Source of the DNA: Phycisphaeraceae bacterium
Lineage (GTDB): Bacteria > Planctomycetota > Phycisphaerae > Phycisphaerales > Zrk34
Assembly: GCA_040905565.1 (NCBI GenBank)
Contig: JBBDRF010000025.1
Coordinates: forward strand, 1 to 49,190
DNA length: 49,190 bases
Direction of reading: 5' to 3'
In this document: piece by piece, positions 40,011-49,190 of the stretch
Numbering within the stretch: the stretch's first letter is position 1
Layout of the letters: each line of letters starts with the position of its first letter
The notes under the pieces: model-generated
What the model was told of the DNA's origin: nothing
The model's input: the letters and a program-made list of their open reading frames with translations, nothing else
Databases searched by the model: none
Made by a program: the position numbers and the translations under genes

Positions 40011-42410
40011 ATGAGCGAAGATTTACTTTGGTTCGATACGCTGGGCTCTGACGACGTGCCGCGCGTCGGGGGCAAGAACGCGTCGCTGGGCGAGATGGTC
40101 GCGAAGCTCAAAAGCCGGGGCATCCGCGTGCCGGACGGTTTCGCCACCACGGCCGAGGCTTACCAGCAGTTCGTGCATCACAATGAGCTTGAACCGTTAA
40201 TCCGGGAAGAGCTTGCGCGTTTTGAGAAAGATGCAAAGACGCTTCGCGAGGTGGGGCGCACGATCCGCAACGCGATCCTCGAGGCGCAGCTACCGGCATC
40301 GTTGGCCGACCACATTCGCCAGGCCTACCGCGAGCTTTCGCAGCGGTACGGGGTCGATGAGATCGACATCGCTGCCCGCAGCAGCGCCACGGCAGAGGAT
40401 CTACCGCAGGCGAGCTTCGCGGGGCAACTCGAAAGCTACTTGAATGTCCGCGGCGAGCAGGCCGTGCTTGATGCGTGTCGTCGGTGCTTCGCCTCGCTGT
40501 TCACCGATCGGGCGATCAGCTACCGCCAGGAGAAGGGGTTCGATCATCTGAAGGTCTACCTTTCCGTGGGCGTGCAGAAGATGGTGCGATCCGATCAGGC
40601 GGGTGCGGGGGTGGCCTTTACGATCGATACGGAAACCGGCTTCCCCGACGTGGTGATCATCAATGCAGGTTGGGGGCTGGGTGAAGCGGTGGTGGCGGGG
40701 CGGATCACGCCGGACGAGTACCGCGTGTTCAAGCCGCTGCTGGATGAGCCCGGCGTAGAGCCGATCATCGAGAAGCAGCACGGCAGCCAGCGCATTAAGA
40801 TCGTTTACGCCGAGGATGCTCCCGAGCATACGACCAGGGAAGTCGATCTCGATCCCGCCCAGCGTGATAAGTTCGTGCTCAACGATGCGCAGGTGCTGCA
40901 GCTTGCCCGCTGGTGTCGCGACATCGAACAGCATTACGGGCGGCCGATGGACATCGAATGGGCGCGCGACGGCGAAGGGGATGTTTACATCGTGCAGGCC
41001 AGGCCCGAGACGGTGGAGGCGCGGCGGTCTGGGGCGACCGTTACGACGTATCGCCTGAAAGAGCGCGGGAAGACGCTGGTTGAGGGACTCTCCATCGGCA
41101 ACGCGATCGGGCAAGGCAAGGTGTTCGTCCTCAAAAGCATGGACGAATCTGACCGGTTCGAAGATGGCGGCATCCTCGTGACGGGCATGACCAATCCTGA
41201 CTGGGGGCCGGTGCTCGAGCGGGCGGCCGGGGTGATCACCGACCATGGTGGACGCACGAGTCATGCTGCGATTGTGGCGCGGGAACTGGGCGTGCCGGCC
41301 GTGGTTGGCACCGGCGACGCCACGCAGAAGTTGCCCGACGGCCAGCCGGTCACCATTGACTGCACGCAAGGCGACCAGGGCATCGTTTACGAAGGTGAAC
41401 TGCCTTATGAAAAGCAGGAGCGCCATTCTGAGGACCTACCTAAGACGCGGACGAAGATCATGATGATCCTCGCCCGTCCCGATGCGGCTTCGCGCTGGTG
41501 GCGGCTGCCGGTGGAAGGCGTCGGACTCGCGCGCGTGGAGTTCATCATCAACGATCTGATTCAGATTCACCCGCTGGCGCTCACGCGTTTTGATGAGGTG
41601 ACCGACGAGCAGGCCCGAAAGAAAATCGAAGAACTGACCGCAGGGTATGAAAGTCGCGAACGGTATTTTGTCGAACGGCTCGGGCTCGGCATGGCGCGCA
41701 TCGCCGCGGCTTCCTATCCCTACGATGTGATCGTTCGCCTCAGCGACTTCAAGACCAACGAGTACGCCCAACTCATCGGCGGCAGCGGGTTCGAACCCGA
41801 AGAAAGCAATCCGATGCTCGGCTTCCGCGGCGCGTCACGCTACTACAGCGAGCACTATCGCGACGGTTTCGCCCTTGAATGCCAGGCGTTGAGTGAGGCG
41901 AGGCTGCTTCGTGGCATGCGGAACATCGTGGCGATGGTGCCGTTCTGCCGAACCCCCGAAGAGGCCGACCGGGTGCTGGCGACCATGGCGGAGTTCGGGC
42001 TGGTCCGCGGCGAGCACGGCCTACGAATCTACGTCATGGCGGAGATCCCCTCGAACATCATCGAAGCGGAGGCCTTCGCTGAGCGCTTCGGCGGGTTCTC
42101 CATCGGCAGCAATGACCTTACGCAACTCGTGCTGGGTGTTAGCCGGGATGCCGAGCGGATTCGGCACCTGTTTGACGAACGCGAGACTTCGGTTAAGCGG
42201 ATGATCCGCGAGCTGATCGAACGGGCCCATGCGGCTGGCAAGCCCGTCGGCCTCTGCGGACAGGCGCCCAGTGATCACCCCGAATTTGCTGAGTTTCTCG
42301 TCGAAGCGGGGATCGATTCGATCTCGGTGAATCCCGACAGCGTGCTGGACGTGATCGAGCATGTCGCCGCTGCGGAACGGCGAATGGAAGCGCAGGTTTC
42401 GGCTCGTTAG
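40011..42410 (+). CDS. ppsA: Phosphoenolpyruvate synthase
   Basis: VGGKNASLGEM, RSSATAEDLP.ASFAGQ, GGRTSHAAIVAREL, SDFKTNEY, NPMLGFRG, SIGSNDLTQ. Confidence 0.97.
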   Translation: MSEDLLWFDTLGSDDVPRVGGKNASLGEMVAKLKSRGIRVPDGFATTAEAYQQFVHHNELEPLIREELARFEKDAKTLREVGRTIRNAILEAQLPASLADHIRQAYRELSQRYGVDEIDIAARSSATAEDLPQASFAGQLESYLNVRGEQAVLDACRRCFASLFTDRAISYRQEKGFDHLKVYLSVGVQKMVRSDQAGAGVAFTIDTETGFPDVVIINAGWGLGEAVVAGRITPDEYRVFKPLLDEPGVEPIIEKQHGSQRIKIVYAEDAPEHTTREVDLDPAQRDKFVLNDAQVLQLARWCRDIEQHYGRPMDIEWARDGEGDVYIVQARPETVEARRSGATVTTYRLKERGKTLVEGLSIGNAIGQGKVFVLKSMDESDRFEDGGILVTGMTNPDWGPVLERAAGVITDHGGRTSHAAIVARELGVPAVVGTGDATQKLPDGQPVTIDCTQGDQGIVYEGELPYEKQERHSEDLPKTRTKIMMILARPDAASRWWRLPVEGVGLARVEFIINDLIQIHPLALTRFDEVTDEQARKKIEELTAGYESRERYFVERLGLGMARIAAASYPYDVIVRLSDFKTNEYAQLIGGSGFEPEESNPMLGFRGASRYYSEHYRDGFALECQALSEARLLRGMRNIVAMVPFCRTPEEADRVLATMAEFGLVRGEHGLRIYVMAEIPSNIIEAEAFAERFGGFSIGSNDLTQLVLGVSRDAERIRHLFDERETSVKRMIRELIERAHAAGKPVGLCGQAPSDHPEFAEFLVEAGIDSISVNPDSVLDVIEHVAAAERRMEAQVSAR

Positions 42411-42424
42411 GGGAAGGAATCGCA

Positions 42425-44227
42425 TTGGATCGATCGGCGAAGATCGTGCTCGTGCTCGTGGCGGTGGGCGTCGCGCTTCTGGTGCTGGGGCTGATGGCGA
42501 GCCTTGCGGTGCTGGCGGTGGACTGGCGCGGGTTCATCGTGCTCCTGCTTGTCACGGCGGTCCTATGGGTCACATTCAAACAGCTGCGGCGTCGGCTGCC
42601 GAGACGCGTATTGCTGGAGTTGAATATCGATCGCGCGCCGCCCGAGCAGGCGCCCCATGCCGATGCTGCGGTGGTCTTTCTGCCTCATGTCCTGACACTG
42701 CGGCAGATCGTGACGGCGGTAGATCGCGCTGCGGATGATCCGCGTGTGGCCGGTTTGCTGGTGCGACTGTCGCCGGTGGGGCTGACGATGGCGCAGGCGC
42801 AGGAGCTGGCTGAGGCGGTGGGGCGGTTCCGGAAGCCTGGCAAGGCGACGGCCGTGTGGGCGCCGACGTTGGGAGAGGGGCACGCGGCCAATGCGGAGTA
42901 CTATCTCGCCAGTGCCTTCGAGGAAGTTCACCTGCAAGCGGGCAGCGATGTCGGGCTCATCGGCTTCTCGCTGCCGCAGCCGTACGCTCGGACGCTGCTG
43001 GATCGTCTGGGTGTTGTGCCGAGGCTCGATGGTCGCAAGGCCTACAAGACGGCCCGGTATCCGCTGACCGAGCATGAGATGCCCGAGCCGGCCCGGGAGT
43101 CGCTGGCGGCGGTGCTGGATTCGCTGATGACGCAGTTGACCAGGCAGGTGGCGGCGGGGCGATCGATGGAGGCGCACGCTGTCCGAACGCTGATCGATCG
43201 CGGGCCGATGCTCGATCAGGCGGCGGTGGAGAGCGGATTGGTCGATCACGTGAGCTATCGCGATGAAGTGGACACGCGTCTAAAAGAGCGGCTCAGGACG
43301 GAGCCCGTGCCGTTGCCGCGCTATCTGTCGCGCACGGCGGAACGCCATCGCCGAGCGCCGCAGGTGGCGCTGATCTACGGGCTGGGCGTGGTCAGCCGGG
43401 GGCGACATCGGCGACGGCAACTGATGTCCATGCCTCGGATGGGCGATGAGGATATCGCGTCGGCGCTGCGCACGGCGGCTGAGTCGGATCGCATCAAGGC
43501 GGTGGTGTTTCGCATCGACAGCCCCGGCGGCTCGGCGACGGCTTCGGAAACGATCTGGCGTGCGGTGAAGCGCACACGTGACGCGGGGACGCCGGTCGTT
43601 GTTTCGATGGGAAGCGTCGCCGGTTCGGGTGGCTACTACATCGCCGCGCCCGCGAATCGCATCGTCGCGCAGCCGGGTACGCTGACCGGGTCGATCGGCG
43701 TGGTGTCCGGCAAGCTGGTCACGCGTGATGCATGGGCAAAGCTCGGCGTGAACTGGCAGACAGTGCAGGCGGGCGAGCAGGCTTCGATGTGGCAAGCTTC
43801 GGAAGACTTCAGCGAACGGCAGTGGGAGATGCTCCAGGCGATGCTCGACGCGGTCTACGAACGGTTCAAGGAGCGGGTCGCCCAGGGGCGGAATCTCTCA
43901 GCACAGGCGGTTGAAGAGGTGGCACAGGGACGCATCTGGACGGGTGAAATGGCCAAGGAACGCAGCCTTGTGGACGATCTCGGCGGGCTGAGTCGCGCCA
44001 TCGAACACGCGCGCGAGCTGGCGGAACTGCCTGCCGCTCAACGCGTGCAGCTTGTCGAGATTCCCTCGGTGCAGCGGCTAATCACGCTTCAGATTCACCC
44101 GGGCGTCGCCGCTTCGACTACGACGGCTTTGGATGAACTGGCCCACGAACTGCAACCTCTGACCGCGGCATTCACGGCATTGGATCCCGCACGCGACGGT
44201 TGGCTCTGCATGCCCGACTATCTCTAA
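42425..44227 (+). CDS. sppA: Signal peptide peptidase A, long form
   Basis: YYLASA, YKTA, RIDSPGGS, SMGSVAGSGGYY, TGSIGV, QGRIWTG; TTG start after AAGGA. Confidence 0.9.
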   Translation: MDRSAKIVLVLVAVGVALLVLGLMASLAVLAVDWRGFIVLLLVTAVLWVTFKQLRRRLPRRVLLELNIDRAPPEQAPHADAAVVFLPHVLTLRQIVTAVDRAADDPRVAGLLVRLSPVGLTMAQAQELAEAVGRFRKPGKATAVWAPTLGEGHAANAEYYLASAFEEVHLQAGSDVGLIGFSLPQPYARTLLDRLGVVPRLDGRKAYKTARYPLTEHEMPEPARESLAAVLDSLMTQLTRQVAAGRSMEAHAVRTLIDRGPMLDQAAVESGLVDHVSYRDEVDTRLKERLRTEPVPLPRYLSRTAERHRRAPQVALIYGLGVVSRGRHRRRQLMSMPRMGDEDIASALRTAAESDRIKAVVFRIDSPGGSATASETIWRAVKRTRDAGTPVVVSMGSVAGSGGYYIAAPANRIVAQPGTLTGSIGVVSGKLVTRDAWAKLGVNWQTVQAGEQASMWQASEDFSERQWEMLQAMLDAVYERFKERVAQGRNLSAQAVEEVAQGRIWTGEMAKERSLVDDLGGLSRAIEHARELAELPAAQRVQLVEIPSVQRLITLQIHPGVAASTTTALDELAHELQPLTAAFTALDPARDGWLCMPDYL

Positions 44228-44251
44228 AACGCGACCTCTCAGCGCGGGCGC

Positions 44252-44296
44252 AAAAAAAAGAACGGCCCTGCATGCCCGAGGACCGTTCTCTTGTTT
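44252..44296. terminator. Probably bidirectional terminator between sppA and Hsp20
   Basis: A8, AGAACGGCCCT/AGGACCGTTCT stem, T-rich tail. Confidence 0.75.
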
Positions 44297-44322
44297 CGCA
44301 AATTCTTCACGAAGGTGGGGGG

Positions 44323-44757
44323 CTACTTGATCTCGATGCGACGCGGCCGAGCTTCCTCAGTTTTCTGAAGCTTCAGCTTCAGCAGGCCCTTGTCCAGCTG
44401 CGCGTCGATATTCTGTGCATCCACCTGTGACGGAATGGTGAAGCTGCGGAAAACGCGGCGGTACTGCCTCTCGCGAAGATGCTGCGTCCCCTTGCCCTCC
44501 TCAGGCTCTTCCTTCCGCTCGGCACTGATCGTCAGCGTGCCGTTCTCGAAGGAGACGTCGATCTCCTCCTTATTGAACCCTGGCAGTTCCGCATCGACGT
44601 AGATGTTGTTGTCGTCCTCGCGAATGTCGACGGGATAGCTGGCGGTGAGGTCCTCGCCGACGATGTCCGTCCACGGCTCAAAGAGCCGTTCAAGATCCCG
44701 CGTCGTGGCCTGGAAGGGATCCGTCAATCCTCTGCTTCGTCGTCTCACTGGCAACAT
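44323..44757 (-). CDS. Hsp20/alpha-crystallin small heat shock protein
   Basis: PVDIRE, AELPG, LTISAER, AQLDKGLLKL, RRIEIK; AAGGAG RBS before ATG 44757. Confidence 0.93.
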   Translation of the reverse strand: MLPVRRRSRGLTDPFQATTRDLERLFEPWTDIVGEDLTASYPVDIREDDNNIYVDAELPGFNKEEIDVSFENGTLTISAERKEEPEEGKGTQHLRERQYRRVFRSFTIPSQVDAQNIDAQLDKGLLKLKLQKTEEARPRRIEIK

Positions 44758-44859
44758 GATCTGCTCCTTCATCCGGTGTTTTTGAAAAGCGTCGCCGACG
44801 CCGAACGCCGTGACTACCGATCTACGGAAGCTGACGTGGCAATCGCCATGCCCGCGCCG

Positions 44860-45348
44860 TTACACCCGCTGCTCGCTTGTGCGATACGTGCCGGTGAGGA
44901 TGGCTCGGCCGATCACCGCTTCGACCATGCGGTCACGCAGCGTCTTGTGATCGACGCCCGGCTCGGCATCGATCGCACGATCCAGCGCAAAAAGTTCAAA
45001 GCGGTAATGGTGGTCGCCGCTGCCTGGCGGCGGGGCGGGCCCGTCGTAGCCCAAATCCCCGAAGTCGTTGGTGCCCTGGAACGCACCCGGTGGATCTTCA
45101 AGCCGAGGCTCGCGTGGTCGGCCCGCTTCCAGTCCTTCAACCTCGGCGGGAATGGCGAAGATCAACCAGTGAATGAACGGCTGAGCTTGCGGCGCGTCCG
45201 GATCGTCAACGATCAGTGCCAGCTGCACCGTGCCCGTCGGCACATCGGCCCACTGCAACGGCGGCGACACGTTCTTGCCCTCCCGCGTGTACTCCTCGGG
45301 AATAGGTTGCCCGTCTGCGAACGCTGAACTGCTGATGGTGAACGCCAT
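44860..45348 (-). CDS. YbhB/YbcL (PEBP-like) protein
   Basis: NVSPPLQW, DDPDAP, FIHW, GYDGPAPPPGSGDHHYRF. Confidence 0.92.
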   Translation of the reverse strand: MAFTISSSAFADGQPIPEEYTREGKNVSPPLQWADVPTGTVQLALIVDDPDAPQAQPFIHWLIFAIPAEVEGLEAGRPREPRLEDPPGAFQGTNDFGDLGYDGPAPPPGSGDHHYRFELFALDRAIDAEPGVDHKTLRDRMVEAVIGRAILTGTYRTSEQRV

Positions 45349-45383
45349 GTATGCCCCCCGTTGGCTCACGATCTCGTGCAGGT

Positions 45384-45572
45384 TTAGATATCCTGATCCT
45401 TGGGAAGGATGTAATAGTCGCCGGTCAGTTGGCGGTACGACTCCTGCAGTTCGTTGAATTCGGTTTCGACGTCCCCGCCCTCGTCTTCGGTGATCGCCTG
45501 GTCGAGTTCAGCGAGCCGTTCGCGAATCTGTTCAAGTTCCGGGTCCGGTTCGGTTTCTTTTCCGTTGGGCAT
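45384..45572 (-). CDS. Small acidic hypothetical protein (62 aa)
   Basis: GGAGG RBS; helical E/D-rich sequence. Confidence 0.6.
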   Translation of the reverse strand: MPNGKETEPDPELEQIRERLAELDQAITEDEGGDVETEFNELQESYRQLTGDYYILPKDQDI

Positions 45573-45748
45573 GATGTGTCCTCCAATCTGGTGTTGGGCA
45601 CGACAGACCATCGGTGTGCTCCACCTTCAGCGTAGGAGCGAGCGCTGCCGCTCATCCAGCCGGTGTGCAGAGAGTTGATGCGATGCAAAGCGGATGCCCC
45701 GGTTGTTGCGTGCCGGCGCATCACGATGCTACAATAGGCAATCTGCAC

Positions 45749-45821
<73 letters not shown>

Positions 45822-45889
45822 TTGACTTACGAAAATCACCGCATCGGGGCGCTACCTCGGTGCTACCATCACCGCAAAACACGGCGCAT

Positions 45890-45915
45890 AAAAAACCCCG
45901 CCGTTGCTGACGGGG
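45890..45915 (-). terminator. Terminator at the element edge, facing the tRNA
   Basis: On -: CCCCGTC-loop-GGCGGGG followed by T6. Confidence 0.65.
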
Positions 45916-46079
45916 CCGTGGGTGGGTTGGTGGGCAAAAGCGCACCGTGGTGCGCATTTGGTCGGGGGTGGTGGTCGTCACCCTTGCCGTCGCCGAGCGT
46001 CCGCCGAACGGGTCCACGGTCGGCCAGCCATACCGGCGGCGGCCGCCGATTTGACCGTCGATGGTGGGGGAGTCGTCGG

Positions 46080-46350
46080 ATGGGGCGTTATCGGCAACCG
46101 GGGGTGCCTTGCGCCGCCCGATGTTGCTGGTGTTCATGGTGGACGTGTTGCCGTGGCGGTCGGTGTAGGTGCGTTCACTTGATGAATCATCAAGTGACAA
46201 TTCCGATCGCAGCCGCCCGACCATCTGGTGATGAACGCCGCACGATTTTGCGATCTTGCTATCGCTCCACTTCGCCCACTCCGCATCCGCCAACAACGTC
46301 TCAACGGATGCCCGCTTGTCTGCGTTGGTTCGCCGAAGCCCGTACTCACC
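46080..46350 (-). pseudogene. N-terminally truncated phage ParB-like/HTH protein; ends approximate
   Basis: YGLRRTNADKRASVETLLADAEWAKWSDSKIAKSCGVHHQMVGRLR..RTYTDRHG; in-frame TGA and a terminator just upstream; no ParB N-domain. Confidence 0.6.
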
Positions 46351-46361
46351 CCCGCCCCACG

Positions 46362-46426
46362 AAAAAACCCGCCCGACGTTCGCCCCTGCCGCGTTTCAGC
46401 GCGATTCAGGGGTAACGAGTCGGGCG
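46362..46426 (-). terminator. Long hairpin terminator after the 120-aa gene
   Basis: CGCCCGAC/GTCGGGCG outer stem, CCCCTG/CAGGGG inner stem, A6 on +. Confidence 0.7.
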
Positions 46427-46439
46427 AAGGCGGAACGTC

Positions 46440-46802
46440 TCAGCCAGCCGCGAACACTTCATGCACGCGAACCTCGCCCGTCAACCACCGCTGAGCGCCG
46501 CCCACCTCGACAACGCGAAGTTCAACCGCATACCTGCCCGCCAGCGGGAACGCCGTAGCCGGGACGACCAGCCGGACGTTGTGCTCCACGGGCGACGTCG
46601 CCACGCTGGACAGCACGACGCCTTCGACCGGCTCGGCCAGCGTCTGCGCCACCGGGTCCAGCGAGAACACGTACAACGTCGTCTGCTCCACGTCGGCGTG
46701 GGTGATCGGCTCACCGGTCGCCAGTAAGCGCAGCAGCCCGTACGCCGCAGCGTCGCCGCCCTGCGTGATTCCGCACGGAAACTCAAGCGAGTTACATTTC
46801 AT
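46440..46802 (-). CDS. Element-encoded hypothetical protein, probably a beta-sandwich
   Basis: GGAG RBS; follows the tape-measure-like gene; beta-strand pattern such as GRYAVELRV. Confidence 0.6.
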   Translation of the reverse strand: MKCNSLEFPCGITQGGDAAAYGLLRLLATGEPITHADVEQTTLYVFSLDPVAQTLAEPVEGVVLSSVATSPVEHNVRLVVPATAFPLAGRYAVELRVVEVGGAQRWLTGEVRVHEVFAAG

Positions 46803-46845
46803 GGTCGTTCTCCGACGTGGCGAAAGGTTTCGGCGACCCTAAACT

Positions 46846-49128
46846 TCAGCTAAAGCCCGGCTGGTCGGCGATGTCGCGAAGGTGCTGGATCATCGCCGCC
46901 CGCTGCTGCTCGCCCTGCTTGTCGCGAACGTCCTGAACCTCGGTCAGCCCTTCCCCTCGGGTAATGCGGTCACGGCCGATCTCGCGTGCAAGCTGGCCGG
47001 TCATGCCTCCGCCGATGCCGCCGTCAAGCTCGATACCTGCGAGCCTCATTTCTTTAAGCTGCCCCAGCCGGTCCCGCTGGTGCTCAAGCATCTCGGCCTG
47101 CTGAGCGAGTAGGGCGAGACGGTCTTTCTCGGCGTCGGATGGCCCCGCCTCGCGGAGTTCGTCTATCTCGCTGCGGAGTTCCTGTAGCCGGTCGGTCGCG
47201 GCCTTGATCCTGTCGCCAAACTCCGCGCCGATATTGAACGCTTCGAGGGCCGCGTCGTCGTCGCCGAGCATTGCCCGCTGAATGTCCCGCTCAACGCTGC
47301 GCAAGTCGTCGGCGATGCGTTGGCCCTGTTCGCGTGCTGAGCGTGTCCTAGCCTCTGCCACGGCCGCTTCGTCGGCTTCAACCTGGCGGATACGTTCGTC
47401 GCGAAGTGCTGCCAGCATGGCAACGCGTTGTCGGTCGCCTTCGCGCTCGGCCTGAATGATGCGTTGTGCGAAGTTCCGGCGGATGGCCTCGGCCTGTGCT
47501 GCGAAGGTATCACCCTCTAGCCGCATCCGGGTTTCTTCGAGTTCCGAATAGAGCGAGCGAAGCTGATTGAATCGGCTGTCCTGCTCGCGGCCGATGGCCT
47601 CGGCGGAAAGCTGCTCTCGAAGCTCGGTCAGTTCACCCATACTTCGGCGGAGCGTGTCTTTCTGTGCGTCGAATAGCTGCGTAATTTCCTCACGGGCGGC
47701 GCTGTGGTCGCTGCGGCTGATGAGCCCGCCACCGATCCCGGCATCCTCTAGCTGCTCAAGCCCCTGCGAGCTGCTAATCAGCCTGGCCTCCACGCGCTCC
47801 GTAATCTCCCGGCGGGCTTCCAGCGGCGCGAGCATCACTTGCCGCTCGGCTTCGATCTGATCTAGGCGGGCTTGATGGTCCCGGCGGAGCTGCTCGGTGT
47901 GCTGAGCTTCCACTTCCCGCACCCGCTCGATGCCCTGCACGCGTGCTAAGGCGAGCTCTCGCGCCATCGTCATCTCGTCAGCCTGCGATGCGCGGATAGA
48001 CTGGCTCGCCCGCTCGGCCACCTCTGCCTGCAATCGCTGCTCGCGCTGCATCTCGATCAGCCGGTCGCGTGCTTCGGCCAGTTCGCGGCCGATACCAGTG
48101 ACGCTTTGGAGCATCCGGTCGAGCGGTCGCGTCACCAGAAAACCTAGAACCGGAAACTCCCTTAGCGATTCGCCCCATTGCGCGAACCCCTCCCCGACAA
48201 GTTCAGAATCGCGGCGGATCGCACCCATCACGATCTTCATTTGCCCGCCCACGGCCTTACCTAGAAGCGGGATCCGCTCAAGCTCGGCGTTGATGCCTTC
48301 GATGCCCCTGCGTGCGGTGGCTGCGTCGGCGCTCATCGCGTTAGACCACTGCCGGCCGACGTTGCGGGCGATGTCGATGCCGCCGGCCACGCCGTCTATC
48401 GCGAGCCTGACGGCTTCGAAAGCCAGCCCGATCAGCGCCACGCCCGACAATACCCGAAGCGCGCCAACGGCGACGCGAGTAAGGGTCGTCAAGTTCGTCG
48501 CGACGGCAATCACCCTAGTTCCGAGCCTCGCAAAATCCCGAATTGCACCGACCAGCCCTTTCCGCCACACCTTGTGAAAAAATGCGCCGATGTTTGCGAG
48601 CGCCAATAGCGAAACGCCGGAATCATCTGCGGCCGCGCCGACCTCGCGCACGTCCGCCGCCGCAGCTTCGCCTGCGGATGCCCTGACGCGCTCCATCGAC
48701 GCAGTTGCTTCCGCGTCGATATCTTTCAGCCTGCCCCTGATGCCCTCAAGCCGTTCGTCAAGCTCGCGGACGCCCTCACCAGCGGTCGCCGCCGAGAACG
48801 CGACTTGCTCCCCGAACCTGCTGGCGTTTTCGCTGGCCTCTTTGATCTTGCCGGATGCCGACGACACGTTATCGCCAACGCGCTCCCACGACGCGTCCGC
48901 TTCCATGCCCAATTCGGACATCTTTTCGGCTGCGCTGTCGGCGGCACCGCCGATGCCCTCAACGTTCTTAAGCGCGACACCGCTAGACTCAGCGATTGCC
49001 TTCATGGCATCTAATGTGTCCTTCTCGAACCCCGCAAGCTGCTTCTTTGCCTCTTCTAGACGCGCTTCAACATCGACGTAAGCAACGCCGAGCTGCGTTC
49101 CACCGGCTGCATCACCTTGGACCATCAT
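46846..49128 (-). CDS. Tape-measure-like protein (760 aa)
   Basis: N-terminal LGVAYVDVEARLE, Ala/Gly-rich helices, central hydrophobic segment, long coiled coil; GGAG RBS. Confidence 0.7.
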   Translation of the reverse strand: MMVQGDAAGGTQLGVAYVDVEARLEEAKKQLAGFEKDTLDAMKAIAESSGVALKNVEGIGGAADSAAEKMSELGMEADASWERVGDNVSSASGKIKEASENASRFGEQVAFSAATAGEGVRELDERLEGIRGRLKDIDAEATASMERVRASAGEAAAADVREVGAAADDSGVSLLALANIGAFFHKVWRKGLVGAIRDFARLGTRVIAVATNLTTLTRVAVGALRVLSGVALIGLAFEAVRLAIDGVAGGIDIARNVGRQWSNAMSADAATARRGIEGINAELERIPLLGKAVGGQMKIVMGAIRRDSELVGEGFAQWGESLREFPVLGFLVTRPLDRMLQSVTGIGRELAEARDRLIEMQREQRLQAEVAERASQSIRASQADEMTMARELALARVQGIERVREVEAQHTEQLRRDHQARLDQIEAERQVMLAPLEARREITERVEARLISSSQGLEQLEDAGIGGGLISRSDHSAAREEITQLFDAQKDTLRRSMGELTELREQLSAEAIGREQDSRFNQLRSLYSELEETRMRLEGDTFAAQAEAIRRNFAQRIIQAEREGDRQRVAMLAALRDERIRQVEADEAAVAEARTRSAREQGQRIADDLRSVERDIQRAMLGDDDAALEAFNIGAEFGDRIKAATDRLQELRSEIDELREAGPSDAEKDRLALLAQQAEMLEHQRDRLGQLKEMRLAGIELDGGIGGGMTGQLAREIGRDRITRGEGLTEVQDVRDKQGEQQRAAMIQHLRDIADQPGFS

Positions 49129-49138
49129 TCATCTCCAC

Positions 49139-49178
49139 AAAAGGAAAACTCCGCCGCCGCCTTTCAGCGACGGCAGAG
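49139..49178 (-). terminator. Terminator-like hairpin immediately upstream of the tape-measure-like gene
   Basis: On -: CTCTGCCGTCGC/GCGGCGGCGGAG followed by TTTTCCTTTT. Confidence 0.55.
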
Positions 49179-49190
49179 CGTCAGCACGCC

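Larger units (their letters stand above)
45822..49190. mobile_element. Left end of a phage-related element integrated at tRNA-Gly; continues past the window
   Basis: Begins at the tRNA 3' end; phage-type genes; 9 CTAG in about 1.7 kb of the long ORF versus roughly a dozen in the preceding 45 kb (counted by eye). No integrase in the window. Confidence 0.7.

Noticed and set aside
46179..46193. FNR box within the palindrome, and at 28972-28989
   Set aside because: FNR needs TTGAT-N4-ATCAA; the spacers here are 5 and 8 nt.

Overview
GC-rich bacterial chromosomal segment; gene content and protein style suggest Planctomycetota, probably Phycisphaerae (inference only). About 1-45.8 kb is mostly core and stress genes: an ABC-ATPase/TOPRIM-like pair, trkA plus two tandem trkH, an MFS transporter, aroK, a small basic orphan, holA, tRNA-Lys(CTT), a secreted beta-helix protein, rpmH (missed by the ORF track), a SpoIVB/S55 peptidase with a beta-propeller partner, rnc, wrbA, phosphoesterases, egtB-egtD, a ZnuA/ZnuC-like pair without a permease, a PD-(D/E)XK-like orphan, type III glutamine synthetase, a PAT-like GNAT, hemB, a lipoprotein with an AsmA/TamB-like protein, ppsA, sppA, Hsp20 and YbhB. 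From tRNA-Gly(CCC) at 45749-45821 to the window end lies a foreign integrated element with a decayed ParB-like/HTH fragment carrying an internal 23-bp palindrome, a 120-aa ORF and a tape-measure-like gene with no tail module downstream. Non-coding highlights are a compact structured leader upstream of GSIII, three copies of a REP-like element, a purine/pyrimidine-split hairpin, a palindromic operator over the metal-ABC promoter and a recurring GCGC tail after terminator T-tracts. All calls are by eye; no searches or folding programs were run.
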